A stretch of 46,329 bases of DNA from Candidatus Omnitrophica bacterium CG11_big_fil_rev_8_21_14_0_20_63_9 (GCA_002796105.1 PCVX01000023.1:5636-51964), one strand, 5' to 3'; counted from the stretch's first letter, positions 9,381 through 18,581 are shown. Made by a program: numbers and translations. Notes: generated by a model from the sequence alone, not told the origin.

Positions 9381-9392
9381 GGACCAACGCGA

Positions 9393-9926
9393 ATGCGACA
9401 CGCAAAGGACAATCAACGTCTCTCGCTGCCGACCGAACACCGGCAGTTGATGTTGAACAATCTGATGAAGAGCCTGCTGGAGCATGGCCAAATCCGCACG
9501 ACCTACGCGAAGGCGAAGCGGGCGCAGCGGATGGCGGACCGCCTGGTCACCTGGGGCAAGGACGGCAGCATCCATGCCCGGCGGCAGGCCTACCGCATCC
9601 TGCAGGACCGCACGCTGGTGAAGCAGCTGTTCAGCGATGTCGCGCCACGGTTCGTCGACATCTCAGGCGGCTACACCCGCGTGATGCGCCTGGGCGGCGT
9701 GCGGCTAGGCGACGGCGCTCAACTGGCCGTGCTGGCCTTCAGCCGCTTGCCGGCCACACAACCGGCCGTGACCCCTGGCACCAAACCGTCGCGCGCCCCT
9801 CAAGGCCCGACGGTGCCTGAAGCGCCTGAGTCCCAAAAAGCCGAAGAAGGCGAGAAGGGCAAGGGATTCTTCGAGGGTCTGCGAGGGTTGTGGACCCGCA
9901 AGAAGAAGGGGAGCGCGGCAGCCTAA
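9393..9926 (+). CDS. rplQ: 50S ribosomal protein L17 with ~55-aa low-complexity C-terminal tail
   Basis: MRHAKDNQRLSLPTEHRQLMLNNLMKSLLEHGQIRTTYAKAKRAQRMADRLVT... is typical L17 and the last gene of the alpha operon. The tail is PATQPAVTPGTKPSRAPQ...KKKGSAAA. Confidence 0.93.
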   Translation: MRHAKDNQRLSLPTEHRQLMLNNLMKSLLEHGQIRTTYAKAKRAQRMADRLVTWGKDGSIHARRQAYRILQDRTLVKQLFSDVAPRFVDISGGYTRVMRLGGVRLGDGAQLAVLAFSRLPATQPAVTPGTKPSRAPQGPTVPEAPESQKAEEGEKGKGFFEGLRGLWTRKKKGSAAA

Positions 9927-9935
9927 GCTTCAGCT

Positions 9936-9966
9936 GGTCCGGCATGCTGCCTGTCAGCGCCGGACC
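9936..9966 (+). terminator. GC-rich hairpin after rplQ (possible operon-end terminator/attenuator, no U-tract)
   Basis: GGTCCGGC (9936-9943) pairs with GCCGGACC (9959-9966) across a 15-nt loop, 10 nt after the rplQ stop. Flanks CAGCT/GCTGG can extend the stem imperfectly. No T-run follows. Confidence 0.3.
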
Positions 9967-9992
9967 GCTGGGCCACTCTCCTGCCCACACGC

Positions 9993-11186
9993 GTGACGCG
10001 CATGGCCACTCACCTCACCTCAAGCGGCATCGCCGAGCGGTTGCAGCATGTCGAGAGCTCGCCGACGCTGGCGCTGGCCGCGAAAGCGAAAGCGCTCGCG
10101 AAAGCCGGCAAGCCTATCGTCGACCTGACGGCCGGCGAGCCGGATTTTCCCACCCCCGAACCGGTCAAGCAGGCCGGCATCCAGGCCATCCAGAAGAACC
10201 AGACCCGCTACACGCCGGTCGCCGGCGTGCCTGAACTGCGCGCGGCGATCGCCACGACCCTGACGCAGCAACTGGGGGTCGCCTATCAGCCAAGCCAGGT
10301 GCTGGTTTCCTGCGGCGCGAAACATTCCCTGTACAATATCTTTCAGGCGCTGTGCAACCCGGGCGACGAGGTCGTCATCTTTGCCCCGTATTGGGTGAGC
10401 TACCCGCCGATGGTCTATCTGGCCGGCGGGACCCCGAAGATTATTTCCACGGATGAGGCCAACGGTTTCCTGCCGGAGCCTGACGCGCTGCGCCGGGCGC
10501 TGACACCGAAAACCAAGATTGTAGTGCTCAACAGCCCCAGCAACCCCACTGGGGCGGTCATCGACCGCGGGCGGCTCAAGGCCATCGCGGCGATTGCGCT
10601 TGAGCGGGACCTGATCCTCATCAGCGATGAGATTTACGACCGGCTGGTGTACCCTCCGGCGACGCATGTCTCCATCGTCACCGCTGAGCCGCGGGTGGCT
10701 GACCGGACCGTCGTGGTCAACGGCGTCTCGAAAACGTACAGTATGACCGGCTGGCGCATCGGCTATGCGGCAGGACCGCAACCGTGGATCGACGCCATGA
10801 GCGACATCCAAAGCCATTCCACCTCGAATCCGACGTCGATCAGCCAGTTGGCCGCGCTGGCCGCGCTGACCGGCGGCCAGGAGGCGGTGGCCGAGATGCG
10901 GACCGCGTTTGTGCAGCGCCGGGACCGGCTCGTCGCCGGCCTGAACCGTTTGCACGGGTTGCGCTGCGCGGTGCCGGGCGGAGCCTTCTACGCCTGGTGC
11001 AACGTGAGCGCTCTGGGCGCCTCGTCGGAGACGATCGCCGCGCGCTGGCTTGATGAGGCGCATCTGGCGGTCGTACCAGGGGAAGGGTTCGGCGCGCCAG
11101 GCTACATGCGCTTTAGTTTTGCCACGTCGCTTGAACACATCGACCAGGCGCTGAGACGCCTGGAGAAATGGATTGGACAACGCTAA
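9993..11186 (+). CDS. Class-I PLP aminotransferase, aspartate aminotransferase (Ib)-like
   Basis: ...DLTAGEPDFPTPEPV..., ...RYTPVAGVPELR..., ...NSPSNPTGAV..., PLP-lysine motif NGVSKTYSMTGWRIGY. GTG 9993 or ATG 10002 could be the start. Confidence 0.88.
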   Translation: MTRMATHLTSSGIAERLQHVESSPTLALAAKAKALAKAGKPIVDLTAGEPDFPTPEPVKQAGIQAIQKNQTRYTPVAGVPELRAAIATTLTQQLGVAYQPSQVLVSCGAKHSLYNIFQALCNPGDEVVIFAPYWVSYPPMVYLAGGTPKIISTDEANGFLPEPDALRRALTPKTKIVVLNSPSNPTGAVIDRGRLKAIAAIALERDLILISDEIYDRLVYPPATHVSIVTAEPRVADRTVVVNGVSKTYSMTGWRIGYAAGPQPWIDAMSDIQSHSTSNPTSISQLAALAALTGGQEAVAEMRTAFVQRRDRLVAGLNRLHGLRCAVPGGAFYAWCNVSALGASSETIAARWLDEAHLAVVPGEGFGAPGYMRFSFATSLEHIDQALRRLEKWIGQR

Positions 11187-12283
11187 TGCATAAGGTGACC
11201 TTTATTCCAGGAGACGGCATCGGGCCGGAAGTCGCCTGGGCGGCCCGCCGTTGTCTGGATGCCACCGGGGTCTCATTCCACTGGGATGAGCGCATGGCCG
11301 GCGAGGGGGCGATCAAGGAGTTTAAGACGCCGCTGCCGGAGGAGACGCTGCAGTCCGTCCGGGACAACCGGATCGCGATCAAGGGGCCGATCACCACACC
11401 CATCGGCACCGGGTTCCGGTCGGTGAACGTGGCGCTGCGCAAGCAGCTCAACTTGTTTGCGTGCGTGCGGCCTTGCCGCACCTATGCCGGCGTGCGCAGC
11501 CCGTTTCAGAACGTCGATTTGATCATCGTCCGCGAAAATACGGAAGATCTCTACGCTGGCATCGAGTTCGCCACCGGCGAGCCGTACACGCAGCAGCTCA
11601 TCAAGGAGCTGAAGGAGCATTCCAAGCAGCCGATCGCAGCGGATGCGGCGATCAGCATCAAGCCGATCTCGAAGAGCGCCAGCGAGCGGATCATCCGCTT
11701 CGCTTGCGAGTACGCGCTCTCGCACGGCCGAAAGAAAGTCACCGCGATCCACAAGGCGAACATTATGAAATTCACCGATGGGTTGTTCATGGAAACCGCC
11801 CGCCGGGTGGGCCGCGAGTACGATGGGCGCCTGGCCATGGAGGACCGGCTGGTGGACGCCACCTGCATGCAGCTGGTGCTCAAGCCGCAGGACTTCGACG
11901 TGCTGGTGCTGCCGAACCTCTACGGCGATATTTTGTCCGATTTGTGCGCGGGCCTGATCGGCGGCCTGGGCGTCGCGCCGGGCGCGAATATCGGTGACGG
12001 GATTGCGGTGTTCGAGGCGGTCCACGGCAGCGCGCCGAAGTACGCCGGCCTGAACAAGGTGAACCCGATCGCGATGATCCTCTCCGGCGTGATGATGCTG
12101 GACTATCTCGGAGAGCACGACGCCGCCCAGCGGCTGGACGGCGCGGTCGCGGCGGTCTTGCGCGAGGGGCGGCAGGTGACGTATGATTTGAAGCCCGAGC
12201 GCAACGATCCCAGCGCGGTGGGCACGAAGGAAATGGCGGAAGCCATCATCGAGAAGATGAAGACGGTGAAAGTGCGGGTGTAA
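11186..12283 (+). CDS. Isocitrate/homoisocitrate dehydrogenase family enzyme (beta-decarboxylating dehydrogenase)
   Basis: MHKVTFIPGDGIGPEV..., IKGPITTPIGTGFRSVNVALRKQLNLFACVRP, VRENTEDLY, NLYGDILSDL, HGSAPKYAG. The ITTP.G.GFRS.NV block fits the IDH/HICDH rather than the LeuB subgroup. ATG 11186 overlaps the upstream stop (TAATG). Confidence 0.85.
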   Translation: MHKVTFIPGDGIGPEVAWAARRCLDATGVSFHWDERMAGEGAIKEFKTPLPEETLQSVRDNRIAIKGPITTPIGTGFRSVNVALRKQLNLFACVRPCRTYAGVRSPFQNVDLIIVRENTEDLYAGIEFATGEPYTQQLIKELKEHSKQPIAADAAISIKPISKSASERIIRFACEYALSHGRKKVTAIHKANIMKFTDGLFMETARRVGREYDGRLAMEDRLVDATCMQLVLKPQDFDVLVLPNLYGDILSDLCAGLIGGLGVAPGANIGDGIAVFEAVHGSAPKYAGLNKVNPIAMILSGVMMLDYLGEHDAAQRLDGAVAAVLREGRQVTYDLKPERNDPSAVGTKEMAEAIIEKMKTVKVRV

Positions 12284-13149
12284 TGTACCGCTACCCGCGC
12301 TGGCTCAAACAATCGTTTTCCCCCGATGGCACCGCGGCGGAGGTGCGCAGCCTGATCGGCGGCCTGGGCCTGGCGACGGTCTGCGAAAGCGCACGATGCC
12401 CGAACCTCACGGAGTGCTGGTCGCTGCGGCAGCTCACGTTCATGATCCTCGGTGAGCGGTGCACGCGCAGCTGCCGGTTCTGCGCGGTGAGCCATGGCCG
12501 GCCGCAGGTGGTTGAACCGGATGAGCCGCTGCGGGTGGCGGAGGCGATCCACCGGCTGGGGTTGCGCCATGCGGTGATCACGTCGGTGGCGCGGGATGAC
12601 CTGCGGGATGAGGGTGCTGGCCACTTCGTGGAGGTGATCCTGGCGGTGCGGCATCGCAACCCCGGCGTCACGGTGGAAGTGCTCGTGCCCGACTTCCATG
12701 GGCGCGAGGAGCTCATCCGGCGTGTGGTGCTTGAGGGCCGTCCCGAAGTGTTCGCGCACAACGTCGAGACGATTGAGCGGCTCTCGCCGCTGCTGCGGCC
12801 TCAAGCGTCGTACCGCCGATCGCTCGAGGTGTTGCGCACCGCCGCGGCGCTGGGCAGCGAGTGCCGCATCAAGTCCAGCCTGATGGTGGGCTTGGGCGAG
12901 CGCGAAGACGAGATGTTGCGGACCTTTGATGAGCTGGTGGGTGTTGGGGCGACCCATCTGACGATCGGGCAATACCTCCGGCCGGACACGGATCACCTGC
13001 CGGTCATGGAGTATGTCAGCCCGGAGCGGTTTCAACTGTATGAGCGCCTCGCCTATCGCAGCGGGTTTGTGTGGGTGACGGCCGGGCCGTTTGTCCGCAG
13101 CTCGTACCATGCGATTGATGCCATCCACGCCAACGCCAACAAGGACTGA
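12283..13149 (+). CDS. lipA: Lipoyl synthase
   Basis: N-terminal auxiliary cluster motif CESARCPNLTEC and radical-SAM motif CTRSCRFCAV, ...HNVETIERL...R. TAATG overlap with the upstream gene. Confidence 0.93.
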   Translation: MYRYPRWLKQSFSPDGTAAEVRSLIGGLGLATVCESARCPNLTECWSLRQLTFMILGERCTRSCRFCAVSHGRPQVVEPDEPLRVAEAIHRLGLRHAVITSVARDDLRDEGAGHFVEVILAVRHRNPGVTVEVLVPDFHGREELIRRVVLEGRPEVFAHNVETIERLSPLLRPQASYRRSLEVLRTAAALGSECRIKSSLMVGLGEREDEMLRTFDELVGVGATHLTIGQYLRPDTDHLPVMEYVSPERFQLYERLAYRSGFVWVTAGPFVRSSYHAIDAIHANANKD

Positions 13150-13154
13150 CACGC

Positions 13155-14441
13155 ATGCCAGCACAGAAACTGTCCACGTCATCGATTAAGCGTGTGCAGC
13201 AACAGCTGCGCCAGCGCACGGAGCGGGAACAGCAGCGCAATAACAAACGGCTGTTCCATGAGGCCAACCGCCTGAAGCGGCTGCCGCTGTACTTGTTCAC
13301 GATCTTGGATGAGCTCAAAGCTCAGGCGAAGGCCCGCGGGGTCGACGTCATCGATCTGGGCATGGGCAATCCGGACTTGCACCCTCCGGCGCACGTCGTC
13401 CGGGAGCTGGTCAAACAGGCGAAGAAACCGGAGAATCACCGGTATTCCCGCAAGGGCGGCGACGTGGAAACCAAGCTCTTGGAAACGATCGCGGCCTGGT
13501 ACAAGCGCAAATTCGGCGTGGTGCTGGAGCCGGGGCAGGGAGAGGTGCTGCCGCTGATCGGCTCCAAGGAAGGCATTTCGCACCTGTCGTTCGCGTTCTT
13601 GAACCATGACGACATCGCGTTGGTGCCAAACCCGACGTATCCGGTGCACTTCAACGGGGTGGTCCTCGCCGGAGGCATCCTCTACAACCTGCCGATCAAC
13701 GCGGAAGGCCACTATCTGCCGGACGTGCACGCGATTCCCCGCAGCGTGGTGCGGCAGTCGAAGATGCTCTTTTTGAGCTACCCGCACAACCCGACAACGG
13801 CTGTGGCGGATGTGAAGTTTTTCAAGGATGTGGTGACGTGGGCGAAGAAGCATCGCATCATGGTGATCCACGACTTCGCCTATTCGGATTTCGTGTTCGA
13901 CGGACATCGGGCTCCCAGCATTCTCGAAGTGCCCGGGGCGAAAGAGGTCGCGATCGAGTTCCACACGCTTTCGAAGTCGTACAGCCTGCCCGGGCTGCGC
14001 TTCGGGTTCGCGGTGGGGAATCGCGACGTCCTCGCGTCCCTGGCGAAGATCAAGAGTTACATGGATTTCGGGCTCTTCCGCGCTATCCAATGGGCGGCCA
14101 TCGAGGCGTTGGCCGGCCCGCAGGAGTACGTCCACCAGACGGTGGCGACGTACCACAAGCGGCGCAATCTCTTTTTGCCAGGACTCAAGCGGATCGGGTG
14201 GGATGTGCCCATGCCGAAAGGCACCTTTTATGTGTGGGCGAAGATCCCGCTCAAGTTCAGCGCGCTGACGTCGCTCGAATTCGCGACGCTCTTAGTGCAG
14301 GAAGCCGGGGTGGTGGTCTCGCCCGGCAGCGGATTCGGCGAATACGGGGAAGGCTTCATGCGTTTCGCGCTCGTGGAGCCCGAACCCAGGCTGCAAGAAG
14401 CGGTCAGGCGCATCGCGAGGGTCCTGCAGATGGCTGACTGA
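13155..14441 (+). CDS. Class-I PLP aminotransferase (AlaT/DapL-like), ~35-aa basic N-terminal extension
   Basis: ...LPLYLFTILDELK...GVDVIDLGMGNPD..., ...SYPHNPT..., PLP-lysine motif HTLSKSYSLPGLRFGF. The subfamily cannot be fixed by eye. Confidence 0.85.
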   Translation: MPAQKLSTSSIKRVQQQLRQRTEREQQRNNKRLFHEANRLKRLPLYLFTILDELKAQAKARGVDVIDLGMGNPDLHPPAHVVRELVKQAKKPENHRYSRKGGDVETKLLETIAAWYKRKFGVVLEPGQGEVLPLIGSKEGISHLSFAFLNHDDIALVPNPTYPVHFNGVVLAGGILYNLPINAEGHYLPDVHAIPRSVVRQSKMLFLSYPHNPTTAVADVKFFKDVVTWAKKHRIMVIHDFAYSDFVFDGHRAPSILEVPGAKEVAIEFHTLSKSYSLPGLRFGFAVGNRDVLASLAKIKSYMDFGLFRAIQWAAIEALAGPQEYVHQTVATYHKRRNLFLPGLKRIGWDVPMPKGTFYVWAKIPLKFSALTSLEFATLLVQEAGVVVSPGSGFGEYGEGFMRFALVEPEPRLQEAVRRIARVLQMAD

Positions 14442-14476
14442 GCGGGTTCGCATGACGCGACCACGCACGACCACAG

Positions 14477-14522
14477 ATTCCGCAGAGGCGCTCTGGTGGC
14501 TTCTGCGGAATTGTCTTCTTCC
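14477..14522 (+). terminator. Rho-independent terminator candidate
   Basis: Perfect 10-bp stem ATTCCGCAGA (14477-14486) / TCTGCGGAAT (14502-14511), followed by TGTCTTCTTCC. Lies 36 nt after the aminotransferase stop. Confidence 0.6.
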
Positions 14523-14537
14523 AGGAGCCGGGCGCTG

Positions 14538-15704
14538 ATGGCCGGCCGGCGGATCCTGCTGATGTACATCACCACGAGCTCCGGCCATCACCGGGCGAGC
14601 TGCGCGATCGAGCAGACCATCAAGCGGCTTGATCCGGGGGCGACCGTCGTCGCGGTGGACGCCTTCCAATACACCAGCCGCTTCGTGCGCTCGGCGATCT
14701 CGCATTCGTATTTCTCGCTCATCCGCCACCAGCCCGACGTGTGGGAATATCTTTACGACAATCCCACCGTTCACCGCCGGGTTCAGCAGTTGCGGACGTT
14801 GCTGCATCGGTATCACGCCGGCAAGTTCAGGCAGCTGCTGGAGACGGTGCGTCCGGATGTCATCGCCTGCACGCAGGCCTACCCCTGCGGCGTCGTCGCC
14901 GACTTCAAGAAGCACTACAACTACCGCACGCCGCTCATCGGCGTGCTGACCGACTACGCCCCCCATCTGTACTGGTTCCATGACACCGTGGATGTGTACG
15001 TCGTGCCGTCGGAGCAGGTGAAGCAGCGCTTCATCACGCGGGGCGTTGAGTCACAGCGCGTACGGGTGTTCGGCATCCCCATTGACCCCCAGTTTACCGA
15101 ACCTGTGGACCGGGACGCGGTGGCGCGGTCGCTGGGGCTCGATCCGGGCCGTCCCACCCTTTTGATCATGGGGGGAGGGGGCGGTTTTGGGCGCATCCGC
15201 GAGATCGTAACAAGCCTGGATAGCTTGCCGTACCCGTGCCAGCTGGTGGTCCTGCTGGGCACCAACCGGACGCTGCGCACATGGTTCCAGGCGCAGCATT
15301 TCCGGCACCGGGTCGTGCCGCTGGGCTATACCAGCGACGTGCATCGCCTGATGGAGGTCGCAACGATTCTGGTCAGCAAGCCCGGAGGGATGACCACTTC
15401 GGAAGCGTTGGCGAAACAACTGCCGCTGGTGATCGTCAATCCGATCCCCGGCCAGGAGGCGTACAATGCGCGCTTCTTGCTCTCGCAGGGCGCTGCCGTG
15501 CAGGCGGCATCGATCGACATGGTCCGCCAGACGGTGCGGGATCTCCTGGAGAACCCGGCCCAGCTTGAGGTCATGCGCAAGCGCGATGCGGAGCTCGCCC
15601 ATCCAAACGCGGCGATCGATACCGCCAAGCTGCTCTTTGCGCTCGCCGACTATCATCAAGAACTCACAGAGTCGGAGGCGCGCTTGACCCGGGCGCCGGC
15701 ATGA
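14538..15704 (+). CDS. MGDG-synthase/UgtP-like diacylglycerol glycosyltransferase (GT28 family)
   Basis: RILLMYITTSSGHHRASCAIEQ... (MGDG_synth N-domain pattern), ...LIMGGGGGFG..., ...VSKPGGMTTSEALA...P.V...PIPGQE..N. ATG 14538 has AGGAG 10 nt upstream. ORF-track GTG 14496 lies inside the terminator hairpin. Confidence 0.8.
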   Translation: MAGRRILLMYITTSSGHHRASCAIEQTIKRLDPGATVVAVDAFQYTSRFVRSAISHSYFSLIRHQPDVWEYLYDNPTVHRRVQQLRTLLHRYHAGKFRQLLETVRPDVIACTQAYPCGVVADFKKHYNYRTPLIGVLTDYAPHLYWFHDTVDVYVVPSEQVKQRFITRGVESQRVRVFGIPIDPQFTEPVDRDAVARSLGLDPGRPTLLIMGGGGGFGRIREIVTSLDSLPYPCQLVVLLGTNRTLRTWFQAQHFRHRVVPLGYTSDVHRLMEVATILVSKPGGMTTSEALAKQLPLVIVNPIPGQEAYNARFLLSQGAAVQAASIDMVRQTVRDLLENPAQLEVMRKRDAELAHPNAAIDTAKLLFALADYHQELTESEARLTRAPA

Positions 15705-16546
15705 GCGTGGATTTTGCCCGGTGCTGGATCGCGCAGGCACTGAGCTGCGCCTTGCCGCCGCGCCAGGCGCTGGGGCTGGCGGAATGGCTCTCCGACCAGC
15801 AATGGCAACACTCGGCGGTTGACCGGGAAGCGGTGCGTTGGAACTTGTCGCGCGTGTGCGGCCAGGAGCTCTCAGGCGATTCGCCGCGCGTACGGGAAGT
15901 CTTCCGGAATTTCGGGCGGTACTTGTATGAGTTCTTCACGATGCACCGGGCCCAGCCGGCGCTGACTGTGGAGGGTCGGGAGCACCTGCAGGCCGCTCAG
16001 GCGCTGGGGCGCGGCGTGATCATCCTGACCGGGCATTTGGGCAACTGGGAGCTTGGAGCGGTGGTGCTGGCGCGCATGGGGCTGGGCATTTCGGCGGTGG
16101 CACTCACCCACGCGGATCCGAGGGTGAACCGGCTGTTTGACCGGCAGCGCCGGCGCTGCGGGGTCGAGGTGATTCCGCTGGGAGGCCAGGCGGCCAAGCA
16201 GAGCCTGCAATGCCTCAAGGCCGGACGGTTGCTTGGCGTGCTGGGGGATCGGGAGTTTCTCGACGGAGGACTGGAGGTCTCCATGGCCGGCGCGCGCACG
16301 CTGCTGCCGCGCGGGCCGGCGCTGCTGAGCGTGCGCAGCGGAGCCCCGGTCGTGCCCACGTTTTTGCTGCGCGAGGCTCCTGGGGCGTTTCGCCTTCGGT
16401 GCGAGGCACCGATTCATCCGGCGCGCGCCCAGGACACGGAGCGCTCAGTCGAGCAGCTGACCACCGCGTACGCCGGCGTGCTCGGGCGGTACGTGCAGCG
16501 CTATCCTGAACAGTGGCTGATGTTTCAACCCATCTTGAGGAATTGA
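15701..16546 (+). CDS. Lysophospholipid/lipid A-type (LpxL/HtrB family) acyltransferase
   Basis: ...GRGVIILTGHLGNWELG... (HX4E/D acyltransferase motif), ...LGDREF..., ...YPEQWLMF... are typical of the lauroyl/myristoyl acyltransferase family. ATGA overlap with the upstream GT. Confidence 0.8.
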   Translation: MSVDFARCWIAQALSCALPPRQALGLAEWLSDQQWQHSAVDREAVRWNLSRVCGQELSGDSPRVREVFRNFGRYLYEFFTMHRAQPALTVEGREHLQAAQALGRGVIILTGHLGNWELGAVVLARMGLGISAVALTHADPRVNRLFDRQRRRCGVEVIPLGGQAAKQSLQCLKAGRLLGVLGDREFLDGGLEVSMAGARTLLPRGPALLSVRSGAPVVPTFLLREAPGAFRLRCEAPIHPARAQDTERSVEQLTTAYAGVLGRYVQRYPEQWLMFQPILRN

Positions 16547-16551
16547 GCGAC

Positions 16552-17229
16552 ATGGACAGTCGGTATTGCGTGATCATTCCGGCCTTCCAGGTGGCCAAGA
16601 CGATCGGCGAGCTGGTCCGCGCCGTCAAGCACCAGGGGCTGACGGTTGTTGTCATCGATGACGGCTCGCACGATACCACCGCAGCGGTAGCCGCGGCGCA
16701 CGGGGCGTTGGTCATCAGCCATTTGCGCAATCAGGGCAAAGGCCGGGCATTGCGGACCGGGTTCGAGTATGCGCTGCGCTCGCAGTTTGACGGCGTCGTC
16801 ACCCTGGATGCGGACGGCCAGCACGATCCGGCTGAAATCACCCGGCTCATCCGCGCGGGGGAACAGCAGCACGCCGGCATCGTCGTGGGCAACCGGATGT
16901 CCAACGGCGCGCAGATGCCGACGAGCCGCCGTGCGACGAACCAGCTCATGTCCCGCATCGTCTCGGCGGTGGCGCGGCAGCCGATCCCGGACACCCAATC
17001 CGGATTTCGGGTGATCCGCAAGGAAGTGCTGCAGGACGTGTCATTGCGCGCCACGCGCTTCGATTTGGAAACGGAGCTGCTCCTGGCGGCCGCGATCAAG
17101 CGGTGGAAGATCGTTTCGGTGCCGATTCAGGCGATTTACGGCAGCCATGGCAGCCATATCCAGCCGGTGCGTGAAACGGTTCGATTCCTGGGGGTCATTC
17201 TCCGCTATCTGCTGCGGCCCCGGCGATGA
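16552..17229 (+). CDS. Family-2 glycosyltransferase (polyprenyl-phosphate sugar synthase-like)
   Basis: CVIIPAFQVAKTIGELV..., VVVIDDGSHDTT, ...GKGRALRTG..., VTLDADGQHDP (DXD), ...TQSGFR... The first ATG after the upstream stop is 16552. Confidence 0.85.
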   Translation: MDSRYCVIIPAFQVAKTIGELVRAVKHQGLTVVVIDDGSHDTTAAVAAAHGALVISHLRNQGKGRALRTGFEYALRSQFDGVVTLDADGQHDPAEITRLIRAGEQQHAGIVVGNRMSNGAQMPTSRRATNQLMSRIVSAVARQPIPDTQSGFRVIRKEVLQDVSLRATRFDLETELLLAAAIKRWKIVSVPIQAIYGSHGSHIQPVRETVRFLGVILRYLLRPRR

Positions 17230-17888
17230 GCCTGGAAGGGCAGCGGACGCAGATGGTGAAAGAGCAGCTGCAGGCGCGAGGCATCGTCAACCCCAGGGTG
17301 CTCGCGGCGTTTCGGCGCGTGCCGCGGCACGTGTTCGTGCCGCCGCAATTGGTCTCAGAGGCCTACACGGATCATCCGCTGCCGATTGGCGGGGGGCAGA
17401 CGATCAGCCAGCCGTATATGGTCGCGCTCATGACCGAGCGATTGCGGCTGCAAGGCCATGAGCGCGTTTTGGAGATCGGCACCGGCTCCGGGTACCAGGC
17501 CGCGATCCTGGCGGAACTTGCTTTGGAGGTGTATTCCGTCGAGCGGCTTCCGGAGCTGCTGGCCGATGTCTCCGATCGGCTCTCCGGGCTGGGCTATCTC
17601 AATGTGCACTTGGCGGCGGCTAATGGGTCGCTGGGGTGGCCGGAGCGCGCGCCGTATGACGCGATCCTGGTCACCGCTGCGGTGCCGCGCGTGCCGCAGC
17701 CGCTCATCGAACAGCTGGCCGAGGGCGGGCGTATGGTCCTTCCTGTCGGTCCGGCGCAGGGGCAGGTGCTGATGGAAGTCCACAAGCGGGGCGGAACGGT
17801 CACCGAGCAGCCGCTGATCGGCTGTGTGTTCGTCCCCTTGATCGGGGAGTATGGATGGCCGGCGGGTGGGGAAGCGCCAGCACCATGA
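17226..17888 (+). CDS. pcm: Protein-L-isoaspartate O-methyltransferase
   Basis: ...VPRHVFVP...AY.D.PLPIG.GQTISQPYMVALMTE.L.L....VLEIGTGSGYQAAILA...V.S.ER... is typical PIMT. Confidence 0.92.
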   Translation: MSLEGQRTQMVKEQLQARGIVNPRVLAAFRRVPRHVFVPPQLVSEAYTDHPLPIGGGQTISQPYMVALMTERLRLQGHERVLEIGTGSGYQAAILAELALEVYSVERLPELLADVSDRLSGLGYLNVHLAAANGSLGWPERAPYDAILVTAAVPRVPQPLIEQLAEGGRMVLPVGPAQGQVLMEVHKRGGTVTEQPLIGCVFVPLIGEYGWPAGGEAPAP

Positions 17889-18544
17889 ACGACCGCGTGT
17901 TTGCTATTTCGTTTGGCGCATCGCTGGGCCTGCACCTGATCCTGCTGCTGGGGCAGATCCTGTCGCTGCCGTGGTGGGACACGCCGCGGCCGATGCGGCC
18001 CATCGAGGTCGTGTACGAGTACGAGATTGTGCAGCAGGAACTGAAAGAGCTGCAGGAGCGCCACTCGAAGGCGGCGCGCGATCTGACCACCGCCCCGGCG
18101 TCGGCTCCGGGCCTGAGCGAGCGCACGCAGATCCGCATTCCGGACCGGCCGAGCCTGACCGTTGAGCAAACGGTTGCGGATCTCGCGCTCAACCGTTCCA
18201 GTGTGATCGATCTCACCAACCTCGTCGATGCCTCGCGGGGCGACCCGGTCCTGCTGAGCTATTTTGGCGCGATCCGCGAGCAGATCCAGCAGGCGGCCAA
18301 CCACCGGCCATGGCTGACGGGCGAGACCGCGCAAGGGCTGGTGTACGTGTCGTTTATCCTCTCCTCCAGCGGCGCGGTGCAGGGGATCAGCATCGTGGCG
18401 GACCGATCGGTGTCCTCCGACCAGCTGAGAGATGTGGCGGTCAAGATCGTGAAGACCGCCGCCCCATTCCTCCCGTTTCCGCCCTCGATGACCGATCCGC
18501 AGAAAACCATCGTCGTGCCGTTGGAGTTCCTGCTGGGCTCCTAA
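17885..18544 (+). CDS. TonB-family energy transducer-like protein (N-terminal anchor, C-terminal TonB domain)
   Basis: N-terminal TM FAISFGASLGLHLILLLG. The C-terminus ...GLVYVSFILSSSGAVQGISIV..S.S..L...A...V..AAPF.PFP... matches the TonB C-domain pattern. ATGA overlap with pcm. Confidence 0.7.
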   Translation: MNDRVFAISFGASLGLHLILLLGQILSLPWWDTPRPMRPIEVVYEYEIVQQELKELQERHSKAARDLTTAPASAPGLSERTQIRIPDRPSLTVEQTVADLALNRSSVIDLTNLVDASRGDPVLLSYFGAIREQIQQAANHRPWLTGETAQGLVYVSFILSSSGAVQGISIVADRSVSSDQLRDVAVKIVKTAAPFLPFPPSMTDPQKTIVVPLEFLLGS

Positions 18545-18552
18545 CCCTGTAA

Positions 18553-18581
18553 TTGACAGCCGGTTGCCTCAGGCTTATAAT
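18553..18581 (+). promoter_or_regulatory. Consensus sigma70-type promoter upstream of rpsU
   Basis: TTGACA (18553-18558), exactly 17 nt spacer, TATAAT (18576-18581). The rpsU ATG is at 18601. Confidence 0.7.
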
